From Candidatus Poribacteria bacterium (GTDB lineage: Bacteria; Poribacteria; WGA-4E; WGA-3G), in assembly GCA_965198235.1 (NCBI GenBank), contig OZ240248.1:2560001-2624000 (forward strand): a stretch of 64,000 nucleotides of DNA. Direction: 5' to 3'. The translations under genes were made by a program, and so were the position numbers. The notes under the pieces are model-generated. The model was not told where the DNA came from. It searched no databases and saw only the letters and a list, made by a program, of their open reading frames with translations. Shown here piece after piece: positions 20,349 to 28,231 of this stretch. Positions within the stretch are counted from its first letter, which is position 1, and every line of letters starts with the position of its first letter.

Positions 20349-21539
20349 ATGTCCAAACTCAACATCGCTTTAGTTGGTGCAGGAAGGCGAGGCAGTGCTG
20401 CGCATCTGCCTGTTATTGCGAAACTCAAAGATATTTACAATCTCGTCGCAATTTGCGATATAGACGAGGAAATAGCAACGCACTACGCGAAGCAATATGG
20501 CGCGACCCCGTATACCAATGTCCGAGATCTCGTTGCACATGAAGAACTTGATGTCGTTGATATTACTGTTCCGGGTGTCGCACATCACGCGATTGCATGC
20601 TTTATGGCAGATGCGGGCGTTCATATCCTTTGCGAAACCCCTATTGCTGTTACACTCCCCACAGCAGACCTGATGATTGAACGTGCCAAAGCGAATAATG
20701 TCAAACTTGAGATCGCTGAAAACTATTACCGTGTGCCACGTGAGCGGTTTTTGTCAAAAGTTATTGAAGCAGACGTTATCGGCGAAGTCGCTCGAATCTA
20801 CCGAATTTTCCATGAAGGGGGTCATCATGGCATGAGCATGCTCCGCCTCCGTGCGGGTGGTGAGCCGAAGTCTATACTCGGTATCACACAGACAAGCCCT
20901 GTAATTCCGATTATCGACCGAATGAAGCGGCATCATACCAGTGAAAACTGGAGCCTCGGCTTCATTGAATTCGACAACAACGCGACCGCCCTCATGGTGT
21001 ATTCCAACGTTATCCACGCCCGATCCTTGGGACGCGGGCAAACCGGTATTTCGCAGATCGATGGTAGCAAAGGTGCCATTGTCGGTGAGGATATCTACGT
21101 AACGCCCGCAGACGATCTACAATCTGGTGCGCTCGGCATCGCTTACCGTCCCGAACGAACCACAATTGACGTGGATGGCATTGAAGTAATTGAGAAGATC
21201 GAGTTGCAATTACCTGAACAGACCGTGACGTGGGAAAACCCACTCAAGAACTATGCCATTTCCGAGAGACAAATGGCAGTGGCAGATGAACTGCTCAGCA
21301 TCGCCACGGCTGTGCTTAACGATACGGAACCTGAATACGGCGCAGTGCTCGGCAAGCAAGACCAAGAGATGAACATCGCGATGAACGAATCCGGTAATCG
21401 CAGCAGAGAAGCCATCGCTTTTCCTCTGACCGACCTAACAGCCACAGAGCGCGGCACCCACGAAAGTTATCAGCAGCAACATGGACATCCGATTGAAGAC
21501 ATCGAAGCAGGAATTGATACGTTCTTTCCACGCCGCTAA
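20349..21539 (+). CDS. Gfo/Idh/MocA family oxidoreductase
   Basis: IALVGAGRRG, AICD, HILCETPIA, AENY. Confidence 0.92.
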   Translation: MSKLNIALVGAGRRGSAAHLPVIAKLKDIYNLVAICDIDEEIATHYAKQYGATPYTNVRDLVAHEELDVVDITVPGVAHHAIACFMADAGVHILCETPIAVTLPTADLMIERAKANNVKLEIAENYYRVPRERFLSKVIEADVIGEVARIYRIFHEGGHHGMSMLRLRAGGEPKSILGITQTSPVIPIIDRMKRHHTSENWSLGFIEFDNNATALMVYSNVIHARSLGRGQTGISQIDGSKGAIVGEDIYVTPADDLQSGALGIAYRPERTTIDVDGIEVIEKIELQLPEQTVTWENPLKNYAISERQMAVADELLSIATAVLNDTEPEYGAVLGKQDQEMNIAMNESGNRSREAIAFPLTDLTATERGTHESYQQQHGHPIEDIEAGIDTFFPRR

Positions 21540-21869
21540 CATCATAGCATATTGCGCGTGTGAATTCAAACGTTTTTACAGAGGCGTTCAGTTCTCCTGT
21601 AGGAGGGAACTCCGATTCCCGACATACTCCGGTTAGGAGGGGTTTCCCAGTCGCTCTGGATAGCACATATCTTCCTTCGCTCGCGAGGTATTCCAACCTC
21701 GCCTTTTCGTCATTGCTGACTGTCAATCTCGGTAGGTAGTGATGACAATGGGCAAATGTATAAGTGCCTTAGTTTCCCTGCCTCTCAACTCAAGGTGTTT
21801 CACTAAGAACCCATAGAAACGAATTCCAAACCTCAAGCAGATAATCAACCAAAAATTATTGATGTTATT

Positions 21870-22049
21870 ATGCTTGAAAAACATCAAGAATTAAAGGAAC
21901 ATTGGGAACGTGTTACGCAAACTCTTAATAACACGTATGAACATCAGGTTGAGGATATAATCGGATCTATTGAGCATATACGCACCTCTGGTGAATATGA
22001 TGTATACAGGGGTGAAGATAGAAATTACGAATGCGTAAGTTCATATTAG
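21870..22049 (+). pseudogene. Possible truncated FRG-domain protein fragment
   Basis: 59-aa frame ending ...DVYRGEDRNYECVSSY*, immediately followed by a TAGGACTTAC repeat end at 22051. Confidence 0.35.
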
Positions 22050-22258
22050 ATAGGACTTACACATTTCCTCTTTCAGGTTCTCTACCGCCCTGGTAAGGGG
22101 ATATAGGCGATTTCTGAAACTCGCCTGTTTTTTCACATATTCACTGACCACATCCCCAACACATTTCATCTAAAAAAATTGGTTGCGAATAGGTTGATTT
22201 TTTGCTACACTATAGATAGCAGCAAATTGCCACATCTCATCAAAGGAGGAGTGAAGAT

Positions 22259-22474
22259 ATGGGTGGAATAGGCGGAATGGAGATCTTTATAATCCTTGTG
22301 GTCGCACTCGTCATTTTTGGACCGAAGAAGTTGCCCGAGATGGGGCGTTCACTCGGGAAAGCTATCCGAGAATTTAAGAGTGCCGGTAGTGATCTTCAGG
22401 ATGAATTGACAAAAACAGCAAATGAGATTGATAAAGAACCGGACCCGAACATTAAACCTCCAAAACAGTCTTAA
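22259..22474 (+). CDS. tatA: Twin-arginine translocase TatA/TatE subunit
   Basis: IFGPKKLPEMGRSLGKAIREFK; strong RBS. Confidence 0.95.
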   Translation: MGGIGGMEIFIILVVALVIFGPKKLPEMGRSLGKAIREFKSAGSDLQDELTKTANEIDKEPDPNIKPPKQS

Positions 22475-22638
22475 CTGTCAATTTCGTGTTCGTGGACATC
22501 GGCTGCTGTCACAGGGCGCGATTCTATCATCAAAGACCCGTTTTTTTGACCATCAACTCGTCTTCCACATTTTATTGTAAAGGCACGAGTTGATGATCAA
22601 AACGGAAAAAACAGAGCGAAAACCCGATAGTAAAAAAA

Positions 22639-23460
22639 ATGGAATCTACCGAAGTTGCAATGACTTTCTGGGAACACTTGGAGGAACTCCGGCGCCGAAT
22701 TATTATTTCTGCTATTGCAATCGCCGTTTTTACGGTCTTAAGCTTATCCTTCAGCAAGCCCATTGAAAAGGTAATTAAGTTTCCATTGGGAACTTCGATG
22801 AACACGCTAATTGCGAATGCTATTGATGCCATGGGGGGTTCTGAGGGATCGATACTCGGGTTTTTCGCACTCGCTTTGCGGTCTGGAACTTCCAGTGTCA
22901 ACGCAACACTTATGAAGATAGGTCCCTTGGAAGGTATCATGGCATACCTGAAATTAGGGATAACTACCGGCATTTTGCTGGCACTACCGATAGTCATTTA
23001 TCATATTTGGGCGTTTGTTTTTCCAGCCTTGAATCGCGAGGAGCAGCAATTCGCGATGCCGCTGTTTTTAATTATCGTCGTATTTTTCATCTTCGGTGCT
23101 GCGTTCGCCTACTTTATTGTCACACCGGTGGTCCTGCAATTCTCCGCACAGCTGCTTCCAGAGTTACCCAATATGTGGGACCTGGAAAAATATATTAACT
23201 TTGTAACTCGCTTAATCTTAGGATTCGGTATCGCTTTTGAGTTACCGATAGTGATGGCGTTCCTGTCCCGTATCGGTGTCATTGATGCGCGGGGCTTCCG
23301 TGAAAAGCAAAGTTACGCTTTATTAGGTATCTGTGTCATGTCAGCCCTCTTGACACCTGCCGATCCAGGTTCAATGTTGTTGATGGCAATACCACTCTTT
23401 GTTTTGTATCAACTCGGTATTTTCTTCGCGTATCTCGTCGAAAAGGAGGCAGAAATATAA
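22639..23460 (+). CDS. tatC: Twin-arginine translocase TatC
   Basis: MTFWEHLEELRRR, FGIAFELP, LTPADP. Confidence 0.96.
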   Translation: MESTEVAMTFWEHLEELRRRIIISAIAIAVFTVLSLSFSKPIEKVIKFPLGTSMNTLIANAIDAMGGSEGSILGFFALALRSGTSSVNATLMKIGPLEGIMAYLKLGITTGILLALPIVIYHIWAFVFPALNREEQQFAMPLFLIIVVFFIFGAAFAYFIVTPVVLQFSAQLLPELPNMWDLEKYINFVTRLILGFGIAFELPIVMAFLSRIGVIDARGFREKQSYALLGICVMSALLTPADPGSMLLMAIPLFVLYQLGIFFAYLVEKEAEI

Positions 23461-24233
23461 TGTCTAACGAGCCTTTACAGGAACAACTCGCTTTGTTATA
23501 CCACTTACAAGAGCGTGACCAAGAACTGTTGTCAACCCAGCAAAAACTTCAAGATATCCCGAATCACATTAAGCAATTAGAAGCGACGGTCGTGCAGTGT
23601 GAAGAGGATTTTGCAGCAAAATCGGCGGAACTCGCGGAGGCAGAAAAGGCGCAGCGTTCCAAAAACGCTGAACTTGAAATGAATGCTGTGCAACGCGAAA
23701 AATATCGAAATGAACAACGAGTTGTCACCTCAAACGAAGCTTATACTGCCCTTGAACGTCAAATTGAATTTCTCGACAAAGAAGACGGGGAATCGGAAGA
23801 TACTATCTTAGTTCTTATGGAGAAAAGCGATCAATTAAAAGAGGAATTGGCAACATTGGAAGTTGAAGTCAACCGCGAAAAGCAGAAAACCGCTACTGAA
23901 ACTGCGCAACTCCAACAAGAACTCCAGGACTTAGAGACAGAGAGGGATGAAAAGTTGAAGCAGCGGAAGGCGTTTCTTCCTAAAATTAACAAAGGACTCA
24001 GAGACGAATATCACCGCTGGATGAAGGCGCAGTTTGCAAACCAGTCCCGCGCAGCACGAGCGAAAACTGGTTTCGTCGCCCTAAGCAAAAACGGTATCTG
24101 TACCAGTTGCCGCATCGCTATTCAACCCCAGACCCTCAAGGAGGCTCAAAAGTATCAGAAGCAGGTCTACTGTTCAAGTTGCCAAAGGCTTCTTTACGTC
24201 GAGCCTGCCACACCCGATGTTACATTTCCGTAG
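23460..24233 (+). CDS. Coiled-coil protein with C4 zinc ribbon (DUF164/CT398-like)
   Basis: Long coil followed by CTSC...CSSCQRLLY. Confidence 0.88.
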   Translation: MSNEPLQEQLALLYHLQERDQELLSTQQKLQDIPNHIKQLEATVVQCEEDFAAKSAELAEAEKAQRSKNAELEMNAVQREKYRNEQRVVTSNEAYTALERQIEFLDKEDGESEDTILVLMEKSDQLKEELATLEVEVNREKQKTATETAQLQQELQDLETERDEKLKQRKAFLPKINKGLRDEYHRWMKAQFANQSRAARAKTGFVALSKNGICTSCRIAIQPQTLKEAQKYQKQVYCSSCQRLLYVEPATPDVTFP

Positions 24234-24304
24234 AAAGGTTATGCATTCACTGACAACTGATAACTGACTGCAACACATATCTAAACAGGAGGCACTCACA
24301 ACCA

Positions 24305-24631
24305 ATGCCCTTTTTTGTCATTGATGAGCAACCGGAAAAGCAGGTGTTTGATGGCGCAAGTATTCGGACACTTCACGGTGAAAAAGTAATGATGTCCTTC
24401 GTCAATCTCCAACCTCATAGTGTCGTTGCTGAGCACAGCCATCCACATGAACAGATGGGAATGGTACTGGAGGGGACATTTGAACTGTCCATTGACGGAG
24501 ATTCTCAGATACTCAAAAAGGGTGATGCTTACCTTATTCCTTCCAACGTGAAGCACAGCGCGAGAGCGTTTGAAGAGCCCGCTGTTGCTCTTGACATTTT
24601 TAGTCCGCCACGAGAAGATTACAAGTTATGA
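24305..24631 (+). CDS. Cupin domain protein
   Basis: HSHPHEQ...IPSNVKH...DIFSPPREDY. Confidence 0.92.
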   Translation: MPFFVIDEQPEKQVFDGASIRTLHGEKVMMSFVNLQPHSVVAEHSHPHEQMGMVLEGTFELSIDGDSQILKKGDAYLIPSNVKHSARAFEEPAVALDIFSPPREDYKL

Positions 24632-25383
24632 AGACGTATCGCGCGATTCAGGAATTTCAAACAACCCGTATTGTCACTGCCGGTATTAGTCTGCGAACTG
24701 GTGGTGTCAGCCACGCACCTTACGCAGCCTTGAATCTCGCTGAGCATGTCGGTGACGATGCGACTGCAGTCGCGACCAACAAGAGAATCCTTTTTCGGCA
24801 AACCGGCTTAAAGGACCTGCGGTGTTGTCGTCAAGTTCATGGTAATTGTGTTATTGATGTAGATAACACAGCGGGAGCATCTCTTGAAAACCCTCCTGAG
24901 GCGGATGCCCTTGTCGCGGCGTGTCACGGCGTGACATTGGGAATTTTTACGGCGGATTGTGTCCCTATTTTCATTCTTGATATTGAAACGCCAGCAATCG
25001 GTATCGCGCATGCGGGGTGGCGCGGCACCTTCGCTCGAATTGCGGTGAACACGCTTGCACAAATGAAAGCCAGTTTCGGAACCGTTGCTACAAACTGCCG
25101 AATTCATTTGGGGCCCTCTATCCAGAGATGTTGCTATACCGTCAGTACAGAATTGCTCACTCAATTTGCTGAACGTTTCGGCAGCACCGTCCACAATGGA
25201 ACAAACTTGAGTCTACAGGCTGCCAATGTTAACCAATTGGTTGAAGCAGGTTTACCCTCCACTTCCATCTCAATATCCCCACTTTGCACCGCTTGTCGTA
25301 CAGACCTCTTTTATTCGCATCGGGCTGAGAACGGACAAACGGGTAGAATGCTCTCATTTATCCGACTCAATACCGAAAATTAA
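24628..25383 (+). CDS. pgeF: Peptidoglycan editing factor / purine nucleoside phosphorylase PgeF (YfiH)
   Basis: QVHG, TADCVPI, HAGWRG, FYSHR, GRM. Confidence 0.93.
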   Translation: MKTYRAIQEFQTTRIVTAGISLRTGGVSHAPYAALNLAEHVGDDATAVATNKRILFRQTGLKDLRCCRQVHGNCVIDVDNTAGASLENPPEADALVAACHGVTLGIFTADCVPIFILDIETPAIGIAHAGWRGTFARIAVNTLAQMKASFGTVATNCRIHLGPSIQRCCYTVSTELLTQFAERFGSTVHNGTNLSLQAANVNQLVEAGLPSTSISISPLCTACRTDLFYSHRAENGQTGRMLSFIRLNTEN

Positions 25384-25732
25384 GCCTATCTCACAAATAC
25401 CGATTCGTCAGATTCGGTCCCACCTCTCGGTTCTACAAACTGTTTGTGAGATGATTTATAGAGGTTGTCCAGGGCAATTTCATCTTTGGTTGTAGAAATC
25501 AATCCTTGTGACGAAAAATTTGCTTTTCTTGGAAAAATATAGTATCATTAATAATATATAAATACATATTAAAGGCACGAATAAAGAAGCAACAGTATCA
25601 GCATTGCCCGTAGTCGAAACCTTACTACAATTTGTAACGTTATTTTCCTTAGATGTTCCAGCCTGTTTAGGACGATAATTTCTTAAACTCGTTGTTAGGT
25701 AACAATTTGGCATCCGCCGGAAAGAATTGAAA

Positions 25733-26011
25733 ATGCGCGTGCTCTTTGCAACGTTATCAATCGTTACAGGTTTGGTCGGGCTTGTTTTTATTATACAAGG
25801 TGGCAACCATCCTTCCAAGTATCGGGAGGTTTTGTCCGAAAGCGTGAGTGCCGTCCAAGTCACACAAGTTTATACGGAGGCAACGTATAAGATAGCTGTT
25901 GGTATTGGGATTGTTAGTATTGCTGTCTTAGTCGCCGTTATTGGTATACTCTTTCACGCAGGCAAGCCTTTAAATCCAGATCCGCCATCAACAGACAATC
26001 TTGAAGGTTGA
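25733..26011 (+). CDS. Small two-TM hypothetical protein
   Basis: Two hydrophobic segments; overlaps the yggS start. Confidence 0.55.
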   Translation: MRVLFATLSIVTGLVGLVFIIQGGNHPSKYREVLSESVSAVQVTQVYTEATYKIAVGIGIVSIAVLVAVIGILFHAGKPLNPDPPSTDNLEG

Positions 26012-26777
26012 CATACTCTTTAATCGAACCAATTTTGGAATTGAAAAATTGAACTTGATTGTCGATAATCTTTCCAAGATCAATGAACGCATTGCCAGTG
26101 CTGCAGAACGGAGTAAACGCACGCTCGATTCAATAACGCTCGTTGCTGTTACGAAAGGGCGTTCAGTGGCGGAAATTCGGACGGTTCTCGCCGCAGGGGC
26201 ATCGGACATAGGTGAAAACCGGGTACAGGAAGCGCAACAGAAGTACGCTCCGGTCAATTCATTTGTGGATGCTGCAGATACTGATGCCAGTGATAATACA
26301 TGCCGATGGCATCTTATTGGACATTTGCAAAGAAATAAGGTTAAAACCGCATTGGAGATGTTTTCACTGATTCATTCAGTTGACAGTTTGCGGCTTTTAG
26401 CAGAGATAGCACACCGGTCTGAACAACGCTCACAACGAACAGATGTTTTAATTCAGGTAAATACGACTCGCGAGGCAAGTAAACACGGATTGGCAGCCGA
26501 TGATTTGCTTCGGTTCATTGAAGACGCACAGGCATATCCGGCAGTCCACATCGTTGGGTTGATGACAATGGGGCAGTTAACGCCTTCACCGGACGCAAAC
26601 CGTCCCGCGTTCGCTTTGCTAAGATCGCTTGCTGAAAAAATAGAAGCCCAAAAATTCCCTGGAGTTACTATGAAGTATCTTTCTATGGGGATGACAAACG
26701 ACTTTGAGGTCGCCGTTCAGGAAGGCGCGAACCTCGTTAGAATCGGTAGGGCGATCTTCGAGGTTTCAGAGGAATAG
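26001..26777 (+). CDS. yggS: PLP homeostasis protein YggS
   Basis: LVAVTK, GENRVQE, WHLIGHLQRNK, LSMGMTNDFE, VRIGRAIF. The true start may be slightly downstream. Confidence 0.95.
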   Translation: MKVDILFNRTNFGIEKLNLIVDNLSKINERIASAAERSKRTLDSITLVAVTKGRSVAEIRTVLAAGASDIGENRVQEAQQKYAPVNSFVDAADTDASDNTCRWHLIGHLQRNKVKTALEMFSLIHSVDSLRLLAEIAHRSEQRSQRTDVLIQVNTTREASKHGLAADDLLRFIEDAQAYPAVHIVGLMTMGQLTPSPDANRPAFALLRSLAEKIEAQKFPGVTMKYLSMGMTNDFEVAVQEGANLVRIGRAIFEVSEE

Positions 26778-26895
26778 CCATCAGTTGTCAGCCTGCCTCG
26801 CAGTGAGAGTTGAAGAGAGTTCTGATAGCTCGAACACCTTGCTGGCGAGGTTTTCAATCCTGTTCTTGTCTGATAACTAAAATACCAACGAAACT

Positions 26896-27007
26896 GTAGC
26901 CCGAAATGAAATAGAGGGGTTTTTGCTTGGGGTGTTTCTTCAGTTCTACGGAAAGGCACGTCATAAGCGAAACCTACCTGAACGAACCGCAAGGAATAAT
27001 TAAAAAC
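26896..27007 (+). repeat. Start-codon-adjacent element, copy A
   Basis: GTAGCCCG...CTACGGAAAGGCAC...CTACC...GAACCGCAAGGAATAATTAAAAAC, then the proC ATG. Confidence 0.75.
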
Positions 27008-27808
27008 ATGGAGTTAGGTGTAATAGGCGTTGGAAAGATGGGCGGCATTATCGTCCGAAGTATCGCTGACACGGTATTTCCTGCCGAACAGATTTGGGTT
27101 ACCGACCTTGATAACACCCTCGTCGAGCAGCTCTGCGATGAAAAAGGGACTAACAGGGCAAGCGATATTACTACCTTGGTAGAAAATACTCAAGTTATTT
27201 TCTGTGCTGTCACACCTGCGGCAGTCCCACACGTCTTGCCACAGGTAGCACGCGCCTTATCAGCACCACAATGGCTCATTAGCATCGCAGCTGGTGTTAC
27301 GACCACAACGCTTGAATCCTACTTTGACAACGCTCCACCCGTCGTTCGGGTAATGCCAAATATCTCAGCCTCGGTGGGTGCTGCAATCTCGGTATTAACG
27401 GCTGGCAGCGCGGCGAATCAGGAGCATCTTGAAATAGCACAACAAATTTTCAACGCTTGTGGCACCTCTTTAGTGATGGATGAACGTCATCTTGATGCTG
27501 TTACCGGGGTAAGTGGGAGTGGTCCTGCCTATGTTGCACTCTTCATCGAAGCGTTAGCGGATGCAGGTGTTCATGTCGGTTTACCTCGGACGGATGCACA
27601 GAAACTCGCCACCCATACAGTCTTAGGCGCAGCTACGATGTTAATTGAAACGCAGGAACATCCGGCTGTACTCAAGAACCGTGTTACCACACCGGGCGGG
27701 ACAACCGCCGCCGGACTGCACGCTTTAGAACGAGGCGGTTTACGAGCAACTCTTACAGAAGCCATCCTCGCTGCGACGGAGCGAGCAAAGGAACTTGGCA
27801 ATACGTAA
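27008..27808 (+). CDS. proC: Pyrroline-5-carboxylate reductase
   Basis: GVIGVGKMG, VRVMPN, SGSGPAY, VTTPGGTT. Confidence 0.96.
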   Translation: MELGVIGVGKMGGIIVRSIADTVFPAEQIWVTDLDNTLVEQLCDEKGTNRASDITTLVENTQVIFCAVTPAAVPHVLPQVARALSAPQWLISIAAGVTTTTLESYFDNAPPVVRVMPNISASVGAAISVLTAGSAANQEHLEIAQQIFNACGTSLVMDERHLDAVTGVSGSGPAYVALFIEALADAGVHVGLPRTDAQKLATHTVLGAATMLIETQEHPAVLKNRVTTPGGTTAAGLHALERGGLRATLTEAILAATERAKELGNT

Positions 27809-27837
27809 TAAGTTTGTGAGTTAACAGGACCCAAACA

Positions 27838-28101
27838 ATGGATATGCTCGCTTGGTTCATCAGTGAACTGCTTGAAATTTACACAATAATGGTTTTCGCG
27901 AATGCCGTACTCTCTTGGTTTGTTGGTGGCACACAAAACTCAGTCGTTAGGCAGCTCTACTGGTGGACAAGTCGCCTCGTGGATCCAGTTTTAAGTCCGA
28001 TTCGGAATGCACTCGGACCGGTGACTCGGAATTTTGGTATTGACATTTCACCTTTTGTGCTGATTCTTCTGTTACAATTTTTGGCTCATATCCTCTGGTG
28101 A
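27838..28101 (+). CDS. yggT: YggT family membrane protein
   Basis: LSWF, DPVLSPIR, GIDISP. Confidence 0.9.
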   Translation: MDMLAWFISELLEIYTIMVFANAVLSWFVGGTQNSVVRQLYWWTSRLVDPVLSPIRNALGPVTRNFGIDISPFVLILLLQFLAHILW

Positions 28102-28231
28102 TAGATAGAAGGATATGCCAATCTGCTTGACACAGTGAAAACTGAGGAGACGGTTCGCACGAAAAAGCATAACCTCCTCAAGAGCCGCTTACCGTGTTGA
28201 CAAGCGGTCTCAGAAATCACAATACGAAAAT

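Noticed and set aside
20003-22043. Composite element carrying the Gfo/Idh/MocA gene between AGGACTTACGCA and TGCGTAAGTTC
   Set aside because: The right match is imperfect and may simply encode ECVSS. There is no target duplication, and such ends are abundant.
24250-24272. CTGA(C/T)AA heptamer repeats (also near 20313 and 26780-26880)
   Set aside because: Short, low-copy intergenic repeats with no further structure.
28102-28231. T-box riboswitch upstream of the ileS-like gene
   Set aside because: No GGTGG.ACC T-box sequence and no U-tailed terminator.
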